Positions 1 through 9,252 of a DNA stretch of 64,000 nt are shown one piece after another. This DNA is from a virus. Under the pieces are notes generated by a model, which did no database searches, was not told where the DNA came from, and saw only the letters and a list, made by a program, of their open reading frames with translations. The stretch is taken from the IMG/VR virus record IMGVR_UViG_3300033233_000006, positions 32,001 through 96,000 of that record. One strand, 5' to 3'. Numbering within the stretch: the first letter of the stretch is position 1; every line of letters starts with the position of its first letter. The translations under genes were made by a program, and so were the position numbers.

Positions 1-219
1 GCGAACGAGGTCAAGACGGCGATCTCGGAGAACAAGACGGACGAGAACGATCCGCGCATCGTGATCGGTCGCCACCTCGAAGGCATCGCCAACGATGCCG
101 CAAGCGTCGGGTCGCTCGTGGCCGAGGGCAAGGTCACGGCGGAGCAGGCGGAGAACGATCTCCGCAACCTCGCCGCCGACCTCGACGACACCGTGGAGGT
201 GATGCGCTCGGTCGAGTAG
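1..219 (+). CDS. 3' end of an acidic protein upstream of the prohead protease (possible prohead core/internal protein), truncated by window start
   Basis: Open frame from nt 1 (ANEVKTAISEN...EVMRSVE) to TAG at 217-219; phage-typical codons; position before protease. Confidence 0.6.
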   Translation, partial: ANEVKTAISENKTDENDPRIVIGRHLEGIANDAASVGSLVAEGKVTAEQAENDLRNLAADLDDTVEVMRSVE

Positions 220-302
220 CGCCCGAAAGGGCGCCGGCTAGACCGCGCGCTTCGCACCGTAGGCAACGCCCGAGTCCACGAACGAACCCAGGAGATCACC
301 CG

Positions 303-2093
303 ATGAGTCGCCGAGTCCTGAACGACCTGCAAGGCACCTACAAGATGTCCATCCTCGAAGGGCAGCAGGGCGGGAAGCTCGTCGTCGAGGGCAAGATCGG
401 TCACTGCGATCAGGCCACGGCGAATGGCCGGGTGTACCCGCGCTCCGTCATGGAGCGCGAGATCGGCAGGCTCAAGCCGAAGATCGAGTCGGTCAGCGTC
501 TACAGCGCTGTCGACCACCCGGGCGACGGCAAGACGCGCATCAAGGACTCGGGCGCGCTCGTTCGCGATCTCTGGATCGAGCCCTCGGGCGAGATCAGAG
601 GCCGCTTCGAGGTCGTCGAGGAGGCTCCGGCTGGACAGGCGCTCGCCGCCTTCCTGCGCCGGGGCGCCTCGGTCGGCATGTCCTCGCGCGGCATGGGTTC
701 GACGACGACCGGGCCCGGCGGCCACGATGTCGTCGGCGAGGACTTCCGCCTCAACACCTGGGACTTCGTCTCCGATCCGGCGTGCCAGGACGCCTACCCC
801 TCGCTCGTCGCCGAGGGGGAGGAGGAGAAGATCACCGAGGATCACATCCGTGCCCGCTTCCCCAAGATCGTCACGGCGATCGAGGAACGCGCCTACGCGA
901 CCGCTCAGTGCGTCGTCGAGGAGGACGCTCGCGAGCGCATCGGAACCGAGGTCACCACCCAGACCGAGAAGGACGCCGAGGAGGCGATCAAGCTCGCGGC
1001 CCCCAAGATCCGCGAGGAGATGAAGGCCGAGCTGCGCGAGGAGATGAAGAAGGAGCTGAGCGAGGACTTCGCCGTCAAGCTCGTCCGCGCGCTCGCCGAG
1101 ATGAAGGACACGGTGACGGAGGAAGTCCGCTCCGAGCTGTCGTCCGACCCCGAGGTCGCCGGAGCCAAGCTCGCGATCAAGAAGATCGCGGAGATGGTCG
1201 CTCCCTTCAAGGCGCCCGTCGATGTCGAGAAGGTGCTCGCCGAGAAGGACACCAAGGTCACGCGGCTGGAGACGCAGCTCAAGACGGAGCAGGAGAAGGT
1301 CGCGAACCTCGACCACAAGGGCAAGATCCTCGCCTACGCCGTCTACGTCGAGCAGCGCATCGCCAACCGCGAAGATGCCGCCGACCTGCGCAAGCTCATC
1401 GGCAAGCTCGAAGACGTGAAGTCGGGCAAGGAGCTGGAGGCGAAGGTCGACGCCGTCGTCTCCGAGGCCGACAAGCACATCGCCAAGGCCAAGGAGGACG
1501 CCGAGGAGCAGCTCGCTTCGGTCCAGGCCGAGGCCGAGGAGCGGGCCGCCGAGGCGGAGCGCCGCGCGCTCGACGCCGCGACGCGCGAGCGAAAGCTCCG
1601 CGAAGAGGTCGACAAGCGCATCGGGCAGGTCGAGTCGCAGGTCAAGTCCGTCACCGAGGACTTCAAGAAGAAGCTTGACGAGAAGGACAAGGCGCTCGAT
1701 GCCGCCCAGAAGCGGATCACGACGCTGAGCGAGTCCGGCAACAAGGCCAACCTCGCCTCGTACGCGAAGGAGCGGACAGCCGGACACCCCAAGGCGCAGC
1801 AGATCACCGAGGAGGTTCAGGCCGGCAAGCTCACCTCCAAGGTCGAGATCGACAAGCGCGCCACGAAGCTCGAAACGGCGGCCCAGGAGCCCGGCGGCGT
1901 CCACGAGCGCGTGCGCCGCGCGATGAGCGCCGGACGCGAAGCCATGACCGAGGACGAGCGCGTCCAGGTCGAGGCGACCGAGATCGCCTACGGAGACGAT
2001 GGAGAGGCGGCAGACGATCTCAGGGAGATCGGCACGTCCCTCACGGAGCAGACCCATCTCGCCCGAGGCCCCAGTCGGGCCCCGGGCATGTAA
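303..2093 (+). CDS. gp21: T4 gp21-type prohead protease fused to a long coiled-coil scaffold region
   Basis: Motifs NGRVYP, VDHP, VGMSSRGMGS, WDFVSDPA; E/K/A-rich coiled-coil C-terminal 400 aa; RBS AGGAGA; directly before capsid gene. Confidence 0.88.
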   Translation: MSRRVLNDLQGTYKMSILEGQQGGKLVVEGKIGHCDQATANGRVYPRSVMEREIGRLKPKIESVSVYSAVDHPGDGKTRIKDSGALVRDLWIEPSGEIRGRFEVVEEAPAGQALAAFLRRGASVGMSSRGMGSTTTGPGGHDVVGEDFRLNTWDFVSDPACQDAYPSLVAEGEEEKITEDHIRARFPKIVTAIEERAYATAQCVVEEDARERIGTEVTTQTEKDAEEAIKLAAPKIREEMKAELREEMKKELSEDFAVKLVRALAEMKDTVTEEVRSELSSDPEVAGAKLAIKKIAEMVAPFKAPVDVEKVLAEKDTKVTRLETQLKTEQEKVANLDHKGKILAYAVYVEQRIANREDAADLRKLIGKLEDVKSGKELEAKVDAVVSEADKHIAKAKEDAEEQLASVQAEAEERAAEAERRALDAATRERKLREEVDKRIGQVESQVKSVTEDFKKKLDEKDKALDAAQKRITTLSESGNKANLASYAKERTAGHPKAQQITEEVQAGKLTSKVEIDKRATKLETAAQEPGGVHERVRRAMSAGREAMTEDERVQVEATEIAYGDDGEAADDLREIGTSLTEQTHLARGPSRAPGM

Positions 2094-2107
2094 GGAGGTT
2101 CTTCAAG

Positions 2108-3559
2108 ATGTTGACTCAGCGCAGAATGATCAACGAGAGCGATCAGAGGGCCGCGGTGCGCGAGGCCGTCCCGATCGCCGACGAGTCGGCTGTAGGCCGA
2201 TACGTCGCGAAGTGGAACAAGCTCCTCATCGGTCTCGACGAGGAACTCGGTCCGCACGCGACGCCCGGCCAGAAGCAGTACGTGAGGGGCATCGCCGCCC
2301 TCATGATCGAGCAGGAGGTTCGCCACCTCAAGCGGCTGAACGAGGAGACGCGCGCTCTCTCGGTCGGTCCGTTCATGAAGTACGTGCTTCCGGTCATCCG
2401 GCGCACGGCGATCCGCCTCGTGGCGACGCAGATCAGCTCGGTCCAGCCCATGACCGGCCCGATCGGCGGCGTCGCGTTCTACCGTCCGCGCTACGCGAGC
2501 GACAAGGGCTCGATCGTCGCCGGCACGGAGATGAACAAGGTCTTCAACAAGTGGTACAGCTCCAACTTCGTCGACGGCGAGCCCTTCGCCACCGGCGACG
2601 CGGGCGGTACGGTGACGTTCGGACGCAACCTCCAGTGGCCTCGCCCGACGGCGGGGACGCTCGTGGTGAAGGTCAACGGCACGGTCGTCGGCACCGACAA
2701 CGGCGGCGGCAGCTTCAACATCGTCGCGGGGTCGATCCTGGCCGGTGGCTCGGGCTCGATCAACTACCAGTCGGGCCTGCTCAGCCTGACCTTCGGCACC
2801 GCTCCGGCGAACGGTGACAAGGTCACGGTCGAGTACCGCTACGACAACGAGCTGAACAGCCGCATCCCCGAGGTCCAGCTCGACATCGAGATCAAGGAGA
2901 TCCGGGCCGAGAGCCGCAAGCTCAAGAGCCTGGCGTCGGTCGAGGCGGCGGACGACCTCCGCGCTCTCTGGGGCCGCGACGTGGATGCGGACCTGGTCGC
3001 GCAGATGTCGGACGAGATGACCGCCGAGATCGACCGTGAGATCGCCGGCACGGCGCTCAACGCGGTCGAGCCGACGGCGGTCGTCAAGTGGGACCGTGCG
3101 ACCGCCTCCGGCGTGTCGGACCCCGAGCACCTCAAGTCGCTCACGATCCGGCTCTCCAGGGCGAGCCACATCGTCCACCGTCGCACCCAGCGCGCTCCGG
3201 CGAACTGGATCATCACGTCGTCCGAAGTGGCGTCGCTCCTCGACAACATCGACGGCTTCGTGGCCGTCGACGAGGGACACGTCTACCAGGGCGGCATCAT
3301 CAAGCAGGGCGTTCTCCAGCGGAAGTGGGTGGTCTTCGTCGACCCGCTCTTCCCGCAGAACCAGATGCTCTTGGGCTATCAGGGTCCGAGCATTCTGGAC
3401 ACGGGCCTCATCTACAGCCCGTACATCCCGATGGAGATCACTCCGAACTTCATCGACCCCAACGATCTGAGCCTGCGTCGCGCCGTGCGCACCAGGCACA
3501 AGATCACCCTCACTCGCCCCGAATTCTTCGCGCGAGTCGAGATCGACAACCTGACCTAA
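2108..3559 (+). CDS. gp23: Major capsid protein (T4 gp23 family)
   Basis: SVQPMTGPIGGVAFYRPRY, AESRKLK, EMTAEIDREI, ANWIITSSEVAS, GLIYSPYIP motifs; RBS AAGGAGG. Confidence 0.95.
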   Translation: MLTQRRMINESDQRAAVREAVPIADESAVGRYVAKWNKLLIGLDEELGPHATPGQKQYVRGIAALMIEQEVRHLKRLNEETRALSVGPFMKYVLPVIRRTAIRLVATQISSVQPMTGPIGGVAFYRPRYASDKGSIVAGTEMNKVFNKWYSSNFVDGEPFATGDAGGTVTFGRNLQWPRPTAGTLVVKVNGTVVGTDNGGGSFNIVAGSILAGGSGSINYQSGLLSLTFGTAPANGDKVTVEYRYDNELNSRIPEVQLDIEIKEIRAESRKLKSLASVEAADDLRALWGRDVDADLVAQMSDEMTAEIDREIAGTALNAVEPTAVVKWDRATASGVSDPEHLKSLTIRLSRASHIVHRRTQRAPANWIITSSEVASLLDNIDGFVAVDEGHVYQGGIIKQGVLQRKWVVFVDPLFPQNQMLLGYQGPSILDTGLIYSPYIPMEITPNFIDPNDLSLRRAVRTRHKITLTRPEFFARVEIDNLT

Positions 3560-3602
3560 GAGTCCTTTCAGCTCTAGGGCTGGAAGTTGATTCTGGTTAG
3601 AA

Positions 3603-3650
3603 TAGAGACGGCGGTCAAGGTGATAAACCTCGACCGCCGTCTCTGTTTGT
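3603..3650 (+). terminator. Intrinsic terminator after capsid gene
   Basis: Stem AGAGACGGCGGTC/GACCGCCGTCTCT followed by GTTTGT. Confidence 0.65.
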
Positions 3651-3662
3651 ATACCGATTGCC

Positions 3663-3692
3663 TTGACTGTTGACGCCTGCCGCGGGTAGAAC
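3663..3692 (+). promoter_or_regulatory. Sigma70-like promoter for HNH gene
   Basis: TTGACT-18 nt-TAGAAC; contains the recurrent GGGTAGAAC motif. Confidence 0.5.
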
Positions 3693-3709
3693 ACCGGTCG
3701 AGGGCGCGC

Positions 3710-4771
3710 ATGGAAATCACTGAGAAGGATCGAGCCCGCTTCGATAAGAAGCTCGTCAAGTCACCCGAGCCGGACGGCTGCTGGATGTGGTCGGCGGGGA
3801 AGAACCCGCGCGGCTACGGCCTGTTCAACATCCGGGGCAAGGTCTGGCTCGCCCACCGCCTCGCCTTCGCGATGGCCCACGGCGAGATCCCCAACGAGCA
3901 GCTCGTCCGACACACCTGTCCGGGGAAGCACACCGAGGCGACGCGGGCGTGCTGCCGCCCCGACCACCTCGCCGTAGGCACGCACGCCCAGAACTCGGCT
4001 GACCGGCACGAGCACGGCACCGGACACATCAACGTCGGAGAGGACAACGCGCGCCACGTCCTGACCGGAGCCGATGCGCTGGCGATCTACGCTGACACAG
4101 AGGCCACGCAGAGCGCGCTCGCCGAGCGCTTCGGCGTCAGCCAGAACCTCGTCATGCTCATCAAGAAGGGGCGCGCGTGGGCGCACGTCACTGGCGCAGT
4201 ACCTATTCCCGCCGTCCCGCGTTCGGATCGCGACCGGCACGCCGAGGTCGTCCGCTTCGAGGCTGGTGTCGCATCGGACGCAGATCGCGAGCGCTTCTGG
4301 GCGAAGGTCGACAAGACCGGCGAGCACTGGCTCTGGACAGCGGCGACCGCCAAGGACGGCTACGGGGTCTTCCACTGGCAGGGTCGGAAGATCGAGGCGC
4401 ATCGCTTCGCCTACATCGCCGAAGTTGGTCCGATTCCGCACGGGCTCGACGTGGCGCACGAGTGCGCGATCGACCTCTGTATGAGGCCCGAGCATCTCAT
4501 CCCGAGGACACGGGTCGACAACATGGCGAACGCGGAGACGCGTGAGCGGCTTTCGGCGGCCAAGAAGGGCAACCGCTACCGCTCAAAGTTCTCACCCGAG
4601 CAGGAGCGCGAGATCGCTGCACGGGTGGATGCTGGCGAGTCGAAGACAGCGCTAGCGCGCGAACTCGGCGTCTCGGACACGGCGATCGGGAAGGTCTGTA
4701 CCCGAGTTCTTCGCTCGGGCGGGCACGACAACCCCGTCAGTTCGCTTGATTCGTCGGGGCTTACGGGGTGA
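3710..4771 (+). CDS. Free-standing homing endonuclease with two HNH domains and HTH segments
   Basis: CWMW...GYG...AHRLAF...CCRPDHLAVGTHAQN, repeated as HWLW...GYG...AHRFAY...CMRPEHLIPRTRVDN. Confidence 0.88.
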   Translation: MEITEKDRARFDKKLVKSPEPDGCWMWSAGKNPRGYGLFNIRGKVWLAHRLAFAMAHGEIPNEQLVRHTCPGKHTEATRACCRPDHLAVGTHAQNSADRHEHGTGHINVGEDNARHVLTGADALAIYADTEATQSALAERFGVSQNLVMLIKKGRAWAHVTGAVPIPAVPRSDRDRHAEVVRFEAGVASDADRERFWAKVDKTGEHWLWTAATAKDGYGVFHWQGRKIEAHRFAYIAEVGPIPHGLDVAHECAIDLCMRPEHLIPRTRVDNMANAETRERLSAAKKGNRYRSKFSPEQEREIAARVDAGESKTALARELGVSDTAIGKVCTRVLRSGGHDNPVSSLDSSGLTG

Positions 4772-4860
4772 CCGACGAGAACGCCAACGACAAGACGTGG
4801 ACTGGAGTCGTGAGATGCTAAGTCGCAAGGACCGGGTAAAACAACGCTCGGGAGGCCAGG

Positions 4861-7586
4861 ATGCCCAAGGGCAAGGATCGCCGCGGTTGGCGTCGCAGAG
4901 AGCACGGAAGCCTCGCCGAATACGCGCCGGAGATAGCCGCGGAATGGCATCCGACAAAGAATGGCGTCCGAACGCCAGACACCATCGCCCCCGGCGCCCG
5001 ACTCGTCGTGTGGTGGCGATGCAAGCTCGGGCACGAATGGGAAACGCCGGTCAGCTGGCGTGGTTCCAACGGGCACGGCTGTCCGTTTTGCAGCGGACGA
5101 CGATTTCTCCCCGAAAATTCGCTCGCCGTTACCCACCCGAACCTTGCGTTGGAGTGGCACCCGACGAAGAACGGCTCGAAGACGCCGTTCGATGTTTCGG
5201 CTCGGAGTTCTCGCCGCGTCCACTGGAGGTGCGACGCCGGACACGAATGGACCACGACGCCGTTCGTTCGTACGTCCAGGCACGACGCCGAAAATTTCTC
5301 TCCATGTTCTCGATGTTCCGGTCGGCGGCACGAAGGCACGCTCGCCGATGAGTTTCCGGCACTGGCGAGTGAATGGCACCCCACCAAGAACGCCCATCCT
5401 GCGTCGGCGATCACGCCCGGTTCTGCGCGGCTAGCCGTGTGGGTTTGTGGGGCGTGCGGAAACGAGTGGAGCGCCGAAGTTTATAGCCGGGCGATCCGCG
5501 GTGATAGTTGCCCACGCTGCTCGGCGGCGCGCAGGAGACACCCACGGATCGTTCCAGGCGTGAACGACCTCGCCACCGTTCGACCTGATCTCGCCGTCCA
5601 ATGGCATCCGACCAAGAACGGCGCCTTGTCTCCGTCCGACGTTACCGCCCATTCTGGTAAGGCCCGATGGTGGCGGCGCATCGCCGATCCTACACACGAA
5701 TGGCGGGCCTCGTGTGCCAACAGGGTCGACCGCGGCTCAGGTTGTACCGTATGCCGCAACGATCGCCGCGGCTGGTCGATCGCCAAGCTCAAACGCTTCG
5801 TTGAATCTCTCCGTCCCCACCTTCGTTCTATGACCTCAGCCGAGCTGTTTGTCATCTTCGAGCAAAGCGGCATCTCGAAATCTAAGCACGGGGCGCTCGT
5901 CGCGAAACTCTTGGCGTCAGGCTCAAGCTCGCTCGCCGACGTGTTGGAGCTGCTCGGCGTCGAAAGAGAGAAGCGCGGGCGTAAGGGGACCGGAACAGCC
6001 CCGGGTTTTACCGACGAAGATGCCTCGCCGGAGGCCGCGCTTGCCGCCATCGACCTCGCCGGAGCCAGCGTCGGCGACGACACCGAGGCGGTCGAGTTCC
6101 TTGTCCAGTCGGCGATCACGAAGCTCTGGCGCGCGGTCTTCAAGGGCGGCGCCGAAGCGGCGAAGGCTATCGCGGCGTTCAAGGTGGGCGACTATTCGCG
6201 TCGGGTGAAGCGTCGCTTCATGAGCGAGTACGGACGGGCGATGCGGCTCAAGACCCCCAAGGGTTACGCCGTTACGCCTTCTCGGTCGCCGGTCTTCCCG
6301 CCGCGCCCAATCTCATGCAGAAGCTCCTGGCCGTGCGGCTGCTCAAGTCGAAGCGGGTCGGCAACTGGTCGGGGGCCGGAGCCGGCAAGACGCTCTCGGC
6401 TGTGCTCGCGAGCCGCGTCTGCGGAGCCAAGCTCACCGTCATCTGCTGCCCGAACAACGTGATTCCGACGTGGGTGAAGGAGATCGTGGTGGCCTTCCCC
6501 GACAGCCGAGTCGAGACGAAGACCTTTCACCCGACGTGGTCGCGGTCGAAGGGGCCACGCTACCTCGTCCTCAACTACGAGATGTTCCAGCAGCCCGGCT
6601 CCGAAGACGCGGTCCGATCGTTTGCGGCGCACCACCGCACGGACCTCATCGTCATCGACGAGATCCACTACGCGAAGCACCGCAACGAGGATGTTGACGC
6701 GTCGAAGCGAAGGACGCTCATCGGCGAGCTGGAGCGACTCTCCTCGGCCAAGAATCCGGGGCTTCGCGTTCTCGGCATGTCGTCGACCCCCGTCATCAAC
6801 GAACTCTACGAGGGAAAGAGCCTCGTCGAGTTGGTGAGCGGCTCGCCGCTCGACGTGGAGACGACGGCCACCGTCGCGAACTGCATGAAGCTCCACCGCG
6901 CACTCATGAACCTCGGCGTGCGGTGGGTGCCAAACTACTCCGTCTCGATCGCAACGCAGAAGCCGTCGGTCGATTGCAGCGCCGTCGTCGATGAGATCAG
7001 CGAGAGTCGCACGGTTCTCGACCTCGAACTGGCGCTCACGAAGGCCCGCCTCCCGGAGATCCTCAAGAACATCCAGCCGAAGACGTTCATCTACACGCAC
7101 CTCATCAGCGGAATCGACCGGGTGCTCCAGACCGCGCTCGAAGCGGCGGGGTGGAAGGTCGGCTTCTTCACCGGCGACGACAAGGAAGGACTCGACGGGT
7201 TCCTCCACGGCGACATCGACGTGCTCATTGGAACGAGCGCGATCGGCACCGGCGTGGACGGGCTCCAGAGCGTTTGCCAGCCCCTCATCTTCAACGTGCT
7301 TCCGTGGACCTCCGCTGAGTTCGACCAGATCAAGGGACGAGTCTACCGCCAGGGGCAGAAGGGCGGCGTGACGGTCATCATCCCGGTCACGCACATGACC
7401 GTCGACGGCGAACGGTGGTCGTGGTGCGACGGCAAGATCGAGCGCATCGAGTTCAAGCGGTCCATCGCCGACGCGGCAGTCGACGGCGTCGTTCCGAAGG
7501 ACAAACTCCGGTCGCCGACGCAGGCTTACCGGGACACGATGGAATGGCTCAAGCGACTTGGAAAGACCACAGCCGCATCGAAGTGA
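4861..7586 (+). pseudogene. Zinc-ribbon-repeat / SNF2-like helicase gene split by an 8-bp tandem duplication (ORFs 4861-6462 and 6315-7586)
   Basis: Four EWHPTKN...WxC..GHEW...CPxC repeats; helicase motifs GAGKT, DEIH, QIKGRVYRQGQ; removing one copy of GTTACGCC (6263-6270/6271-6278) gives one 905-aa frame. Confidence 0.8.
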
Positions 7587-7597
7587 GCGACGGCAGC

Positions 7598-7636
7598 GCG
7601 GCCCCGGGCTCTACGCTCGGGGCCGTGTCGTTTCTT
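7598..7636 (+). terminator. Intrinsic terminator
   Basis: GCGGCCCCGGGC/GCTCGGGGCCGT stem then GTCGTTTCTT. Confidence 0.55.
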
Positions 7637-7665
7637 CGTGGTAGAAGGTCCGGGGAGGTTCTCGC

Positions 7666-7965
7666 ATGGGCTCGTCGCGCAAGCCGAGGCCGCATCGTAC
7701 CGAAGGTGAGGTCCGGCTCGGCCCGACGCTCGTCGCGCTAGAGTCGAAGGACAACGAGTGGTGTCACCTATGTGGACAGCGCTCGACCGGGATCTTCGTC
7801 GAGGTTTGGCTCCCCAAGAACGCTGAACACGACCGCCGGAACTCAGCCGGAGCCCTCGATCGTAGCTACCTGCGGATGTGCGCGGACTGCGCGACGGCGA
7901 TCGGCGGAGCCGGCGTCTCGGTCGTCGACAGGTTGGCCGCCCTGGACGACAGGCCGCCCAGGTAG
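7666..7965 (+). CDS. Small zinc-finger protein with C-terminal tag (SVVDRLAAL)
   Basis: CHLC and CADC pairs; RBS GGAGG; upstream GGTAGAA motif. Confidence 0.7.
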   Translation: MGSSRKPRPHRTEGEVRLGPTLVALESKDNEWCHLCGQRSTGIFVEVWLPKNAEHDRRNSAGALDRSYLRMCADCATAIGGAGVSVVDRLAALDDRPPR

Positions 7966-7985
7966 ACTCTCCCAGGAGGTGCCCG

Positions 7986-8330
7986 ATGGCGCGCGTGTTC
8001 GACGAGTTGGCGAGGAACCCGGACGGCGAGGTCATGCTCAAGACCTACCGGATTCCGTTCCGGCCCGAGTACGTCCTGATCGGGAAGCCGGGGCAGGGCC
8101 CGATGGAGATGGTCTCCATCGCCCAGCCCACGGGCCGCGACATCTGCGCCTTCCGCTTCCACCTCTCCCCGGAGGCGATCGCGCTGGTCATGGCGCAGGA
8201 CCCGAACGTCACGTCCAGCGGCGGCTACTGCTCGCTTTCGATCCACTTCGACGCGGCTGAGTCTGGCTCGGCGATGATCGAGGTGAAGCGCGGTGTGTTG
8301 AAGCGTGAGCTGGAATCGGCATCAGCGTGA
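7986..8330 (+). CDS. Hypothetical protein (MARVFDELARNP...)
   Basis: RBS AGGAGG, ATG at 7986, typical codon usage. Confidence 0.7.
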   Translation: MARVFDELARNPDGEVMLKTYRIPFRPEYVLIGKPGQGPMEMVSIAQPTGRDICAFRFHLSPEAIALVMAQDPNVTSSGGYCSLSIHFDAAESGSAMIEVKRGVLKRELESASA

Positions 8331-8542
8331 TCAAGAGCAAGCTCGTCATCGTCAACAGCGCGGGTGTCTATACAACCGAGGCGACGCTGGATGACAACGG
8401 TGATCTGACAGTCGATCGGGACGCCTTGGAGATGATGTACCGAGAGACACGAAGTCGGTCTCTTGGGACGGCCCGAACCTGATCGCCGAAGGGAAGAAGC
8501 GCCGCGCTGCGAGAGACGGGTAGAAGGCCGGCATGATCGGGC

Positions 8543-9109
8543 TCACTTCCAGACGAACTTGGTCCCACACGCTTCGCACCTCGGCGTCTTTGCCGGATCG
8601 AGCGCCTTGGGCGGCAGGAGTCGGTGACGACCAGCCGCGGCGCAGCCGGGACAGGCTGGCGGGAGACTCGCGAGCGCGCCTTCGAGTTCCTCCACCCGAG
8701 CGACAAGCTGCTTGCGGGTAAGTTTCTTCTCCGGCCTCTCCGTCGGACACAAGCCCTCGGTGACATCGTAGAGCGGCTCTACCTCCTCGGAGATCGTGCA
8801 GACTCGCTTACGGTCGAGCTTGGTGGCGAGGCCGTGGCGCTTCAACTCGTAGTAGGCGCGGACGGACGTGCTCTTTCTCGACGCGTCCTGCGTCTTCGAC
8901 GACTTGGGCGTCTTGCCCAACGCGCGCGAGCCATCTCGGTCTATCTCTCGCAGCGTGAGCGGTCCTTTCTCGTAGAGAACATCGTAGACAGCCTTCATGG
9001 ACTTGGCGGCCCACCCCGACGCCTTGACGGATTCCCACGCTCTGCGGGAGGCTTCGGTCCTCCACGGGTGCGGGTGAAGCATCGACTCGTCGATCACGAC
9101 CTCGGGCAT
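8543..9109 (-). CDS. Putative winged-helix DNA-binding protein with C-terminal zinc ribbon
   Basis: VYDVLYEKGPLTLREI...YELKRHGLA; CPGC...CEACG; GGGTAGAAC and GAGGT upstream on minus strand. Confidence 0.7.
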   Translation of the reverse strand: MPEVVIDESMLHPHPWRTEASRRAWESVKASGWAAKSMKAVYDVLYEKGPLTLREIDRDGSRALGKTPKSSKTQDASRKSTSVRAYYELKRHGLATKLDRKRVCTISEEVEPLYDVTEGLCPTERPEKKLTRKQLVARVEELEGALASLPPACPGCAAAGRHRLLPPKALDPAKTPRCEACGTKFVWK

Positions 9110-9252
9110 CGCTACCTCAGCACTCGTTCTACCCGCCGGAGCAGAACGCGGTCGGGTGTCGCACGGCCCAGCTTAGCACTCGGGGTCGCGTCGTTTCTTC
9201 ACTGGATCGTCGCCGGATAAGCAGGGTAGAAGCGGGGTGTGGAGGTACGCGT

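Noticed and set aside
1988-3694. Long antisense ORFs (also 36511-37965, 57239-59866 and similar)
   Set aside because: Shadow frames of GC-rich, codon-biased genes; no RBS or motifs.
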